Positions 25,391 to 38,074 of a DNA stretch of 64,000 nucleotides are shown piece after piece. The translations under genes and the position numbers were made by a program. The stretch comes from Chiloscyllium plagiosum (taxonomy: Eukaryota). Position 1 is the first letter of the stretch. Each line of letters opens with the position of its first letter. Where the stretch lies: NCBI RefSeq assembly GCF_004010195.1, contig NC_057719.1, positions 84,859,012 to 84,923,011 of the forward strand, written 5' to 3'. The notes below the pieces were generated by a model. The model was not told the DNA's origin. It saw only the letters and a program-made list of their open reading frames with translations, and ran no database searches.

Positions 25391-26844
25391 CCTAATCAAT
25401 TTAAGATGACATTACTTCCTATTCTACTATTAATATTGATACTTTATGTACATCCCATACCCCCACCAACATCTGGAATATGTGTTTTAGTGAGTATAAA
25501 CTGATACATAACAGTTATTTAGTAAGTCTGCGATAATCTGAAAGTCAGTTTGAATCTGCCTTATGTTAAATGTTTTGCGTCCAGTTGATGAAGGAGGAGA
25601 CCAGAGTCTCAGTTTTAGATTTATTAATAAAGTGAGACTGTACAGATGTATAGTTCCTAACCCTACACCACATCACCACAATGATACACTCCAGTCCCTG
25701 TAGTGTCCTCTGATCCCCAAAGAAACTAATGATGCGTAAATATGACCCTGAGATTATGAGTCTTAAGGTCCAGAAATTTGACTTTAAACTTTTTAAAAAT
25801 TAAATCAAATTAAAACCAAAACTGGTTAACTAAAGAAATATTCCTTTAAATGTTGACCTGAAAGGAAAGAAAACTATGGAATCAACTTTAAATTCCACCA
25901 GCTGCCTTAATGGAATTTGAACCAAAATCCTAAGCATTTGCATGGGCCTCTATATTTATTAAAGTGCCATTACTACAATCACCTCCTCCCCAATCTTCTT
26001 TTTTAAGCAAGCGTGTTTAGGCATGTAGTAACGTATCTCTGGAGCAGGTGGGACTTGAACCAACTCTGCCTGTCCCAGAGGTGGGCCACTTATCACTGCA
26101 TGACAAGACTCTTCAAATGTTTTTGATACTTGTTATAAGAAAAATGACAGCCCCTTAAAGATGCATTGTAATAAAACTGGAACAGTCATTAAAATACTTA
26201 CAAGATCTTTGAAAAGGAAGATGGTGGGTACTAGTGACAGCAGTAGCAGAAGTTTTTTTAAGCCATGCGGATAATCATAAAGAGTTAAATAGATATGGGC
26301 GCTTAGCAGACACTGTAACAAAAAAACAGCTTCAGAGAAACCCTGTGAAATTTAAATTAAAATGCAATTTTGGAGGCTGATTTTCACTTCAATCTTTGCA
26401 GATCCCACTGGTTCTTGGTGCAGAAAGCATCAAACATACTGGCAGAGATTGAGCTTTATTTGTCTCAAGTTCCTGCAAAGTGCCCCCTCCAATGCATACG
26501 CTTAACATTTTTCAATTAACACTCAAAAATATGTCTATTTGAACTTTTATGATGATCTGACATTGCTAAAATAAATTCTGCTATTCCTGCCACAAGTAAA
26601 GAACTTCCTTTTCAAAGGTCTCGTAACTACTTTTATGATTTGATCCGGTTTCCCTGACTGCATGTGATGGCAATCTCTGTTCTATGAGTCAGATGCCACT
26701 TCATCATTTTCCGATGAATAAGATAATTATTTCAGATCATAATAAAACAAAATAGTTGGTAATTATTCATACAGAATCTCACTTCTTATGGAAACATTGT
26801 CTATTTGCAATGTTTTGAATTCTTTTGTAAATGTTTTTTAGAAA

Positions 26845-27965
26845 GAATAAAGAACAAAGAAAATTTACAGCACAGGAACAGGCCCTTCGGCCTTCCAAGC
26901 CTGAGCCGATCCAAATCCACTGTCTATACCTATCGCCCAATTCCTAAGCATCTGTATCCCTACCTACTCATGCATCTGTCCAGACGCATCTTAAATGAAT
27001 CTACTGTGCCTGCCTCTACTACCTCTGCTGGCAACGCGTTCCAGGCACCTACCACCCTCTGTGTAAAGTACTTGCCGCGTGTATCCCCCTTAAATTTTAC
27101 ACCTCTCACCTTGAAAGCGTGACCTCTCGTTATTGAATCCTTCATCCTGGAAAAAGCTTATCTCTATCTACCCTGTCTATACCCTCCATGATTTTGTAGA
27201 CCTCAATCAGGTCCCCCCTCAATCTCATTTATTCTAATGAAAACAATTCTAACCTACTCAACCTCTCTTCACAGCTAGCATCTTCCATACTAGGCAACAT
27301 CCTCGTAAACCTTCTCTGCACCCTCTTCAAAGTGTCCACATCCTTTTGGTAATGTGGCGACCAGAATTGTACACAGTATTCTAAATGCACCGAACCAACG
27401 GCTTGAAAATTTTAACATGACCTGCCAGCTCTTATACTCAATACCCCATCCGAAGAAGGCAAGCATACCATATGCCTTATTAACTGCTCTATCCACCTGT
27501 GCAGCAACCTTCAGGGTACAATGGACCTGCACTCCCAGATCTCTCTGCTCATCAACTTTTCCCAAGACTCGTCTATTTATAGTATAATTTGGTCTAGAAT
27601 TAGACTTCCCAAAATGCATCACCTCACATTTGCCTGGATTGAACTCCATCTGCCACTTCTCTGCCCAACTCTCCAGTCTATCTATATTCTCCTGTATTCT
27701 TTGACAGTCCCCTACGCTTTCTGCTACTCCACCAATCTTTCTGTCATCACCCTGCACACCATGTGACTTCACTTTCTCCATAGTTTGCCATGGGAAACCT
27801 TATTAAATGCCTTACTAAAGCCCATGTATATGACATCAACAGCCCTTCCTTCATCTATCAACTTAGTCACTTCCTCAAAGGACTCTATTAAGTTGGTAAA
27901 GCATGATCTTCCCCCACACAAATCCATGTTGCCTATCATTGATAAGCCCATTCTTTTCCAAATAT
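26845..27965 (-). mobile_element. CR1 LINE fragment with internal deletion
   Basis: ORFs 26960-27145, 27290-27781 and 27769-28086 carry CR1 RT motifs; tail AAGAACAAAGAA. Confidence 0.92.
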
Positions 27966-28619
27966 AAAAAATAAATATTTTTTTATCTACCAACCCAAAT
28001 TTCCCTCCCTGATAAGCTCCTCCATTGTCACTAAAGGGATGTATCTTCGTAATCTCAGGAGAATCTGTTTTAACTGATAATACCACAATTTGTTTGGGAC
28101 AGCTAAAGTCCTACTTGCTAAAATTGCACAAATCGTTTAACTGACAGAGAGACTGAATCAAATTTCCAATGAGTACATTAATTCTCGATATAGAATTTGG
28201 ACAAAAGACACTACTGAATTTCTGTATACACTGAACTGTGTATCTGTTTATTAATCCACTGTGACCATGACCATCAGACCTAAAGACATTAGCCAATACA
28301 TTCCCATGGTGCTGTTTTCTCATTTGTTGTTGAAGGCAAAAATGCTTCCAGGTTTATAACAAAAGTGACTTTACATTCAAATTGTAATCCATTGCCAATC
28401 AAGCATTTTGGGACATCCCAAAGAAATTGTAAGGCTGTTAAGTGCAAGATTGACTTCTTTCTTCATTTCAATTTCCTTATCACTTAGAATCATGAAAGAA
28501 AATCACAGAAAGAAACGCTAGACTATCTCTTAAATGTGCAATATTCAATTCTGCAGAATATTTATGAATTCCTATGGCTTCAATAGAATGATGTAGTCGT
28601 ATTTTCCATGGAATGGACT

Positions 28620-29070
28620 TCTATCTGACATGACCACGTTGCATCCCAAAGTGATTTACAGCCAATTAGATACTTTTCAAGAATAGCCACCATAGTATTA
28701 ATGTTGGAAATATAGCATCCAATTTGTGTACAAGTTCACGCATATAGCAATTATTTTGGTTTGTTGTTCTTTGAGGGATCAGTATTTCCCAGAAAGATCT
28801 CCTTTGTAATTCTTCAGTTTATGCCATATGAACTTTTATATCCATCATGACGGAGGCAAAGAAAAAACCCATGGGTGCTGCCTGACCTGCTACACCTTTC
28901 CAGTGCCACACCTTGCAAAATAGAGATGGACACGTTTATTTAAATGAGTGATGGAAATTTTGGTACATTGTCTCCTCCAAAGATGGCACCTCTGAGACTG
29001 CAGCATTGTCTTAGCATGGATAATGCTGAGAGTGGGGGCATGATTCAGAATGAGAGTGCTAGCTGCTAAA
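28620..29070 (-). mobile_element. Deu-domain SINE interrupted by a ~90-bp insert
   Basis: CATCCCAAAGTGATTTACAGCCAAT...AAAGATGGCACCTCTGA; insert at 28872-28962. Confidence 0.65.
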
Positions 29071-29248
29071 CAGAGAGTATTTTTAGATTAATCCGTTTGA
29101 ATACTATACAATCAAGTGAAAGAGAGTTTGATCGAACAATCAGATTTCTACATATTGTGCTTGTATCACAAGTCTGAGGGTGTTGGATTCAATCTGGCTC
29201 CATAAAAAATAGAAAATTGTGCAAAGAAGTTGTGCCTTGCAAAATAGA

Positions 29249-29457
29249 AGAAAGTGGGGACTGCAGATGCTGGAGATCAGAGTCGAGAGAGTGGCGCTGG
29301 AAAAGCACAGCAGGTCAGGCAGCATCTGAGAAGCAGGAGAATCAATGTTTGGGTATAAGCCCTTTATCACATTCCTGATGAAGGGCTTATGCCCGAAATG
29401 TCGATTCTCCTACTCCTTGGATGCTGCCTGACTTGCTGTGCTTTTCCAGCGCCACAT
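29249..29457. mobile_element. Palindromic non-autonomous PLE-derived element with 13-bp TSD
   Basis: Two inverted arms meeting near 29370; TSD CTTGCAAAATAGA at 29236-29248 and 29458-29470. Confidence 0.85.
29371..29407 (+). ncRNA. Minimal type I hammerhead ribozyme motif (best preserved copy)
   Basis: CTGATGA-A-GGGC-TTAT-GCCC-GAAA-TG-TC; perfect 4-bp stem II. Confidence 0.7.
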
Positions 29458-30199
29458 CTTGCAAAATAGAGATGAACAAATTTATTTAAATGAGTGATGG
29501 GAATTTTGAGCCAGACGTTTTGTGATTTTACTCTTTGGGAAAGCTTATTTCAACAAACCTACTGAACAGCTGCTGGAAATCCCCTTCAAAGGACAAAACC
29601 CCTGCTGATCTTCTCAGTTGCTTGAAGAGTTTTTTTTATATTTAGCATTCCTCCATTCTTGGAATCTGAGGTGGTAGAGTTTCTATTGGTTTAGCAAAGG
29701 AGTGTGCTTCCCAAACTGTCTTTTTCAGTTTTAAACACCTTGCCACCATCTGTTCTTCCTCTCCAACAGTGCTTCCCTGTCAAGATCCATGATGTGGTTG
29801 TACTTCTCTGCCCAAGGAAACATGACACATTCCTGTCTGATGGATTGTGGAGACTGTCATTTCTCTATAATTAGTCATGATGTTGATATTTAAAATTATC
29901 AGAGCACAAAATACCTTCCAAGTGACTGCAATTTTCAAACAGCTCAATACCTGTGGTTTTCTTACTTTAACTCCCCACATTGCCCCATATTGTGCATCAC
30001 CCGACTTACTTTCTTGTAATGCTTTTCCCTGCTGTCTCTTAATACTTGGCACTGTGATGCAGATAGATAGCATTACAGGCTCCTCAGTTGTCAGTTTGGG
30101 CAAAGTTATTGAGGGATTTGGGATAAGACTGTCTGCTTCACTCTGGATGTGGTTTCTTTCAGAGGATCTTGAAGAGACCAGCAACCATTAAAAATTGCC

Positions 30200-30630
30200 T
30201 ATTGGTAGCACTCTTACCTCTGAGTTCAGAACTCAGAGGTCAGGTCCCACTCTAGAGACTTGAACACATAATCCAGACTGACACACCAGTGAAGCACTGA
30301 GGGAGTGCTGCATTGTCAGATGAGAAGCCAGAAACTATAGCCCTGTCTGCTGTCTCCAGTGGAAATAAAAGATTCCATGACATTATTCACAGAAGAGCAA
30401 CCGGTTTTTCTCCAGTCGTCTGATTAATATTTATCCCTTTGGCAACATGACTAAAAAAATTCTGATCAATGTTGCATTACTGTTTGAAAGGTTCAGATGA
30501 GTGCAAATGGCTACCATATTTTCTACATTACAATAGTGATCACATTTCAAAAATGGTTTCAAAAGATAAGTGTTTTGGGGCATTCCAAAGTTATGAAAGA
30601 GTCTGGAAGTACAAAATTTGTCTTTCTTTT
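30200..30630 (+). mobile_element. Deu-domain SINE
   Basis: GGTAGCACTCTTACCTCTGAG head; GCACTGAGGGAGTGCTGCATTGTCAGA; AAAAGATTCCATGACATTATT. Confidence 0.75.
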
Positions 30631-30870
30631 ATTAGGACAATTAGCACAGTGTATATAAAGAATTTGTGCTTATTCATTCCCCAGATGAATCTAGAGTGAC
30701 CTCTGTTCTCATGTGTGAATCTCGATTGCAAAACAAACACAGCGTTTTTTTTTCAATTAACCTTACATTCTCATATGACAGAAGTAATTACAGAGCCAAA
30801 GTCAGCCTAGGCTAATGAAGTTAAAAATCACACAACACCAGGTTATAGTCCAACAGGTTTATTTGGAAGC

Positions 30871-30904
30871 ACTAGCTTTCGAGGTGCTGCCTTTTCATCA
30901 GATG
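30871..30904 (-). ncRNA. Hammerhead ribozyme motif (decayed stem II)
   Basis: Minus CAT-CTGATGA-AAAGGCAGCACCTC-GAAAGC-TA-GTG. Confidence 0.5.
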
Positions 30905-31289
30905 GTTGTGGAACATGACCATACAACACAGAATTTATGGTCAAAGAGTTACAGTGTCATGGAGTTGTAATGATACATTATGCAACTTCAGTTTTAAATC
31001 ACACAACACCAGGTTATAGTTCTTAAACAAATTCAGATTTAGTCTTTCATCTTTTAGAATGGGATATGGTGGTTTAGGTTCTTTAATATGTAAATGATAG
31101 AATTACATTCTCAAGGTGGCATCAGCTTATCTAATAATAGGTGTCATCTCTGCTCAGATAAGGTAAAGTCTGTACCAATGTTGAGTCAATTCTATTTCTA
31201 AAGTAGGGCTTACAGAATCTTACATGTATTTATGTAGTTTTTGAACAAAATAACATTTAATTCTGCAAATACAAATTCACCACCATAAA

Positions 31290-31575
31290 CTTATATGTGT
31301 GCGTGTGCAGGAGAGACAAAGTGGGTGTGTGTATGTGAGTGTGCGCGTGCAGGTGTGAGTGCATGTGAAAGAGTGTGTATGTGGGTAAGCTTGATCAAGT
31401 GTATGTTTGGGTATAGGCCTGTGAGTGGGTGTGTGCTTGAGGGTGGATGCGGGGCGTGCATGTACGTGCATACGAGAGAGAGCTTGTGTATGGGAGAGGG
31501 TCTGCATGAGTGTGTGTGTGCATGCGCATGTACGCTTGTGTGTGTGTGGTGTGTGTCAGAGAGAGTGTGTAGTGC
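31290..31575. repeat. Degenerate (GT)n tract within PLE
   Basis: Direct inspection. Confidence 0.9.
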
Positions 31576-33139
31576 AGTGGGGTCACCTGTAGTGTGACAT
31601 GAACCCAAGGTCCCGGTTGAGACCTTCCCCATGGGTATGCAACTTGGCTATCAGCCTCTGCTCAGCCACTTTGCATTGTTGCTTGTCCCGAAATCCACCT
31701 TGGAGGATGGTCACTCGGAGGTTCGAGGCTGAATGTCCTGGACCGCTGAATTGTTCCCTGATTGGGAGCAACCAGTCCTGTCTGGTGATCGTTGCATGGT
31801 GTCCATTCATCTGTTGTTATAGTGTCTGTTCAGTCTCGCCAATGTACCAAGCCTCAGGGCATCCTTGTCTGCAGCGTATCAGATGGACAATGTTGGCCAA
31901 GTCACATGAGTAACTGCTGCATATATGATGGGAGGTACCTGTGTCAACACTCTAACATACCTTGCAGTGGCTGCTGTGACAGGGTTGTACGGTGGCGTGG
32001 CCGATGTTGTCCTGAAGGCTGGGCAGTTTGCTGTGAACAATGATCTGTTTGAGATTTGGTGGTCGCTTAAAGACGAGAAGTGGAGGCGGAGGGAAGGTCT
32101 TGGCAAGGTGCTTGTCCTTGTTGATAATGTGTCGCAGGCCATGAAGAACATGGCGTAGTCTTTCGGCTCCTGGGAAGTACTGGGCAAATTTAGGCTAATG
32201 AAAGCATTGTTGCTGTAATAATGTTATAAAGACATGTGTAATTTTTTTAAGTAAACAAGAATGTTTCATTCCTCACTTCTGATATGTCTTGGATCTTTCT
32301 TGAGTATGGAATAGAACCTCCAGGATCACAAAAGTGCATCGGGACACACCAGGTTGATATGCACCCTAGCTAGAAATTGTTCTAGATATGTCACAACTGA
32401 TCTCGATGTCTTGAATCTAGGTTAGAAACCACTCATCATTCAGGTTTACTGTTATACAGTGACCTAGTCCAAAGGAAGAATGGGAATACTTAGCAGCAAC
32501 ACTCCAAATTAATGTTGACTATCTGTTTGCAAAATAGAGTGGCCATTTGAGAAAAATGACAATGGAGAATTATCTCAGTAAGTGCTTGTGTATTTTTCTG
32601 GTGGGAAATGTGAAATAAAGGCTAAACCTTTTATCAGACAAAAATAAAACCGACAACAAATTGAAAAGTACAGCTCTAAGTTTAATTTCACTTTAAGTGA
32701 TTTAGAGGTTATTGTGGTTTCTGTATTACACAAGCTCTTTAAATTAGTACCATCTGCTTAACTGGTATGTTGGGAAGAGAGAAGCTTGCAAGTTGAAATA
32801 TTCAATAACTGTCCATCGGTGAACAAATCCGAGGTTAGCCACAGTGAAGCAGGCCAAGTATCTGACTTGCGGAGTAGAGCGAAGACATCAATCTTCCTAA
32901 ATACCTCAGTAGGCGGAGTGTTGTTATTATTATGAAGCCTGTAGAGTTCTGTTGTAGACAACTGAATAATCAATGCTGGTTTACTCCACAACAAAATGAT
33001 GACTGGATGTCCAGAGGACAGAGAGTCTACCTGATGAATTACATGTGAATAACCTGGCCTAGCAATCTTTCAGTAGCAAACCAGAACAGAGATTTATAGA
33101 GGCAGTATTTATCTCTCGTTTAGTTTCCTGTCCTCAACA

Positions 33140-33425
33140 ATAACATCTTGCAATCATGTAATGAAGTGAAATGCCATAAGAACCTTTACAAGAGCATAAT
33201 CAGACAAAACTGAGCTAATGTTAGGACACTTGTTCAAAAGCTTGATTAAAGAGACATTTTTAAAGAGCAACGTAAATGAAGTAAGAGACTTCGAGAGATG
33301 AAGAAGTTTAGGGAGAAACTATGACCTAAGTATATGAATCTACAAAGGCCAATGGTGGGATGGAAACTGGGGATACGTAAGAGGCCAGAATGAAGGAACA
33401 CATACTTTGGAGCATTGTAAGATTG
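33140..33425 (-). mobile_element. L2-like LINE 3' fragment
   Basis: Purine-rich plus strand, AAAAGCTTGATTAAAGAGACATTTTTAAAGAG; similar pieces at 48595-48830 (-) and 56830-56975 (+). Confidence 0.5.
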
Positions 33426-33692
33426 GAGGAATGTCATAGCTGTCACTGAGTCATGAGAAAGGGGCAGGTTGGCAACTCAATTTTCCTGGATATAGGGTCT
33501 TCAGGCAAGGCAGGGAAGGAGGTTAAAGAGGAGGGTTTGTTGCAATTTCGGTCAGGGAATCTATTACAGAAGTAAGGAGGGATGACATCTTAAAAAGCTC
33601 CTCAAATGAAGCTATATAGGTAGAACTTAAAAAAAAAAAGGAGCAATCATATTGCTGGGTGTGTACTTCAGGGTCCAACAGTGAGAAAAATA

Positions 33693-35032
33693 GAACAGCA
33701 GACATAAGACCAAATGCCATTAGGCCACTCAGCCCATTGAGTCTGCTCTGCCATTCATTCATGGCTGATAAGGTTCTCAACCCCAATCTCCCACTTACAT
33801 TAGCATTACATTGGTGATTTCCCAGTCCTGACTGCAGTGATTCTTGGAAGATCACCACTAATACCTCCACTATCTCTTCAGCTATTTCCTTCAGGGTTTA
33901 GTCTATCTGATCCAGATTATTTATCCACCTTCAGACTTTCAGTTTTTCTAGCACCTTCCCCTTGGTGATGGCCACCGTACTCACATCTGCCCCTTGAGTT
34001 TTTGGGATGTTACTTGTGTCTTCCACCGTGAAGACTTACACAACGTACTTGTTCAGTTCCTCCGACATTTCTTTGTTTCCCATTACTACTACTTCAGCGT
34101 CATTTTCCAGTGGCCCGATGTCCACTTTTGCCTCTCTTTTGCCCTTTATAAATCCAAAGAAATTCTTGCAATCTTCTTTTATATTAGATTATTTACAGTG
34201 TGGAAACAGGCCCTTCGGCCCAACAAGTCCACACTGACCCTCCGAAGAGCAACCCACCCAGACCCATTCCCCTACATTTACTCCTTCACCTAACACTATG
34301 GGCAATTTAGCATGGCCAATTCACCTAACCTGCACAGTTTTGGATTGTGGGAGGAAACAGGAGCACCCAGAGGAAACCCACGCAAACACGGGGAGAATGT
34401 GCAAACTCCACACAGACATTTGCCTGCGGCAGGAATTGAACCTGGGTCTCTGGCACTGTGAGGCAGCAGTGCTGATCACTAAGCCACCGTGCCGCCCTAT
34501 TATTAGCTAGCTTACCCTCATATTTAAACTTCTCCCTCCTTATTTCTTTTCTTTCTTGTGCTCTGTTGGTCTTTGCAGGCTTCCCAATCCTCTGGCTTCC
34601 ATCTGCCCTTTGCCACATTATATGCTTTCTCTTTTGCATTTATGTTAGCCCTGACTTCCCTTGTCAGCCATAGCTGCCTCATCCTCCCTTGAGCATGCTT
34701 CTTTTTCCTAGAGATGAATTTTTGCTGTGTCTACCAAATTACTCCCAGAAACTCCTGCCATTGCTGTTACAATGTTTTTCCTATTCGGCTCCTCTCTCAG
34801 TCAATCCTGGTCAGCTCCTCCCTCATGCCTCTATAGTTTCCTTTATTCAACCACAATATGGTTACATCTGATTCCACCTTTTCCCTCTCAAATTGTAGAG
34901 TAAATTCTAACATGTTATGGTCAGTGCCTCCTAAAGGTTCCTTCACCTTAAGCTCCCTTAACAAGTGCCTCATTGCGCATCTTTAAATCCAGAATTGCCT
35001 GATCCTTAGTGTGCTCCACCACAAGCTGCTCC
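33693..35032 (-). mobile_element. CR1 fragment (3' tail joined to mid-ORF2) nested in the plus-strand CR1
   Basis: Flanked by AAAAATA on both sides; minus reads IVEVLVVIFQESL and REKFKYEGKLANN. Confidence 0.8.
34184..34498 (-). mobile_element. HE1 SINE, full length
   Basis: GGGCGGCACGGTGGC head to AATCTAA tail. Confidence 0.92.
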
Positions 35033-35427
35033 AAAAATATCGAAACAAGTTTTAGAGAAATGTAAATGTAATAGCGTGGTGATGGTGGGGATTTCAAGTG
35101 CCCCTACATTAATTGGATTAATCGTAGTTTGAAACATTTGGAGGGATCAGCATTCTTAAAATTCTTCCAGGAGAGCTAGAAATAGGTGTGATCCTCGACC
35201 TAATTTTAGGTAATGAAACTGGGCAAATACCTGGAGGAGCATTTTGCAGACAATGATCAGAAATTCATTATATTCAAGATTGTTATGGAAAAGGTCAAGT
35301 ATGGGCCTGAAATCAAAGTTCTAAACTGAGAAACTGCCAATTTTCATTAGATCAGATATGATTTGGTTAGATTGGACTGACAACAGAAACATTTACTCTG
35401 TATCAGGGTGCTCCTTCAATTATTTAT

Positions 35428-35780
35428 TGGGTCAGAATGGTGACTCAGTGGTTAGCACTGCTGCCTCACAGCACCAGGGACCCGGGTTCGATTCCCGCCT
35501 CAGGCGACTGATGTCTGTGTGGAGTTTGCACATTCTCTCCATGTCTGTATGGATTTCCTCTGAGTGCTCCGGTTTCATCCCACAACCCAAAGATGTGCAA
35601 TTTGGTTGAATTGGCCAAGCTGTTCACGGATGTGTAGGTTGGGTGCATCAGTCAGGGTAAATGTAGAGTAATAGGGTAGGGGAATGGGTCTGGGTGGATT
35701 ACTCTTTGGAGGGTCAGTGTGGATTTGTTGGGCCAAATGACCTGTTTCCATACTGTAGGGATTCTATGATTTATGATTCT
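35428..35780 (+). mobile_element. HE1 SINE, full length
   Basis: A/B boxes TGACTCAGTGG and GGTTCGATTCC; tail GGGATTCTATGATT. Confidence 0.92.
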
Positions 35781-37435
35781 AATAGTGGATGCATTCAAGA
35801 AAAGCGAGAGAGCATAAGACCAACATATTTCAATAAAGATACAGGGTCGGATCAACAAATCAAGGATTGAATACATGATTGGATAAAGAGAAACAGGGAG
35901 GCTTATGGTAGATACCGAGTGATCAAAACAGCAGAAGCCCTAGAAGAATATAAAATGTACAAGAAGGAACTTAAAAAGTAATTAGGATCAAGCACAAAGG
36001 AGGCGTGAAAGGATAATGACAAAGGAATCACCCAAATTATTTTACAAGTACGTTAAGGGTAAAAGAGTATAGAGAAATGTCCATTAATGGCCTTAACAGT
36101 CATTTGTTACTGAAGTTGGAGGATGTAGGGAGGGTTCCAAATGAATACTTCGTTTGCGCATGAGGTTGAAGATGTGGTAATAGAAATCAGAGAGAAGGAC
36201 TGCGATAGAATTAAAGAAATTAGCATTGACAGGAGGTTCTGAATGATAGAACAGGCTTAAAAGTAGATACATTTACAGGGTCAGATGCAATCTATCCCAG
36301 GCTGTTGTGTGAGACCAGGGAAGAAATAGTAGCGCTAGCCATAGTTTTCAATTTCTATCTTGCCACAAGAGAGGTGTCAGAGGACTGGAGGATACTCCGT
36401 GTAGTACCATTATTTAAGAAGGGAGGAAGGATAAACCAGGAAACCACATACCAGTCAGTGTAATCTCACTGATGATGAAACTATTGGAAGTAATTCTGAA
36501 GGACAGAACTAATCTGTACTTGGAGAGGCAGGTGTGAATGAAGAATAGTCAGTATGCTTTATTAAGGGGAGGTCATGTGTGATTAAATTGATTTTTACAA
36601 AGAGGTGACCAGATGTGTAGATGAGGGCAATGCATTTGGCATAATCAGTTTGGACTTCAACAAGACGTTTGTTAAGCTTCGGCCTGGGATCTAAAGAAGT
36701 TTGGCTAATTGGATTCAGAATTGGCTGAGTTGCAGGAAGTAGAAGGTGATCGTTGAAAGGTATTTTGTTGTCTGGAAGATGTGTCCAGTGGGGTTCTGCG
36801 GGGATCAGTGTTGGGGCCTTTTCTGTTTATGATATATGATTTATTTTTGAATGTAAGGGGATTGATAGTAAGTTTGCAGATAGTATGAAAATTCGTGGGT
36901 TGATCATGTAAGAAGTAATTCGATATGTACTTGCGGTGCTAACGCATACAATGCTATGGTCTAACTGCAGGAAAATGGGATTAGAATAGTTCGGTGCTTA
37001 TTTTTGATTGGCACAGACTTAATGCGGCTGAAGGGCCTTTTTATGTTCAATAGACCTCAATGACCCTTTGACTCTGAGATGGCAAAGACAGGGAAGAGCA
37101 AAGCTATGGAGGTGCCATTGAATGAAACCTCTTTTGGAGAGCTGTGTACAGTTCCGGTTGCCCTGCTAGAGGAAGGATATTATTAAATTGGAAAGGGTTA
37201 GGAAAAGATTTACCAGGATAATGCCGGGAATGAGAAGTTTGAGTTATAAAGATCGGCTAGGATTTTTTTCACTGAACGATTTCAGCATATGGCTAGACCA
37301 TGTGTCCTGGGAGGGTACTGGACTCTTCAGACTTGGAACAAAATCTGACCCTGTCTTCAGCTGGAGCATCCATGTGAGGAGTAGGATCTCAGCTCAGTAA
37401 CTTTACTTCCTCTAACCCAATGTCCTTTCAGAAGG

Positions 37436-37750
37436 GATTAGATTAGATTACTTACTGTGTGGAAACAGGCCCTTCGACCCAACAAGTCCACACCGCCCCG
37501 CCGAAGCGCAACCCACCCATACCCCAACATGTACCCCTTACCTAACACTACGGGCAATTTAGCATGGCCAATTCACCTGACCTGCACATCTTTGGACTGT
37601 GGGAGGAAACCGGAGCACCCGGAGGAAACCCATGCAGACACTGGGAGAACGTGCAAACTCCACACAATCAGTCGCCTGAGGCGGGAATTGAACCCGGGTC
37701 TCTGGCGCTGTGAGGCAGCAGTGCTAACCACTGTGCCACCGTGCCGTCCC
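37436..37750 (-). mobile_element. HE1 SINE, young (CpG-rich)
   Basis: Many retained CpGs; (AATCT)n tail. Confidence 0.93.
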
Positions 37751-38074
37751 ATAGGAAGTGATGCTATGTGTGAGGCACTAACATTACAAAGTGGTTATTG
37801 AGTGGAATGAGGAAATGCTTTGGCCTATGTCATTGTTTACTTAATCACCCATTTCTTTTCTCTCAGTAGAGCATGGCCTGAGGATGTAGCTGAGGGGCAT
37901 TGATTGATAGGGCTTAACCTTCTAGGAATGCCTTAGAACATGATTGGCATTCTGATGAAATACCTAACCGTACTTGAGCCCAAAGTGGGTGTTACAATTG
38001 TCATCAAAATTCTAGGCTAGGGATCCCAAAATCTGAGTACCTATTTTGATTTGTGACCCAACTGGAAAATTAAT

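Larger units (their letters stand above)
30820..32190 (-). mobile_element. Penelope-like element, 5' truncated, with GIY-YIG, internal (CA)-rich tract and 12-bp TSD
   Basis: SCDLANIVHLIRCRQGCPEAWYIGETEQ; ORF 31583-31810; TSD TAGGCTAATGAA at 30808-30819 and 32191-32202. Confidence 0.9.
33428..37275 (+). mobile_element. Long decayed CR1 ORF2 (endonuclease to RT) hosting nested insertions
   Basis: Endonuclease VIAVTES at 33432; GDF motif at ~35090; PEDWR..VVPLFKKG at ~36380; GSVLGP at ~36800. Confidence 0.85.

Noticed and set aside
29667-29691. let-7-like word TGAGGTGGTAGAGTTTCTATTGGTT
   Set aside because: Seed mismatch, several indels and no pre-miRNA hairpin seen
29780-30184. 134-aa minus ORF with faint transposase-like words
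   Set aside because: No convincing catalytic motif or termini; cannot be assigned without a database search
31277-31632. His/Thr- and Cys/Val-rich ORFs
   Set aside because: Translations of a (CA/GT)n tract
35428-35500. tRNA-like A/B box sequences
   Set aside because: SINE heads continuing into HE1 bodies, not tRNA genes
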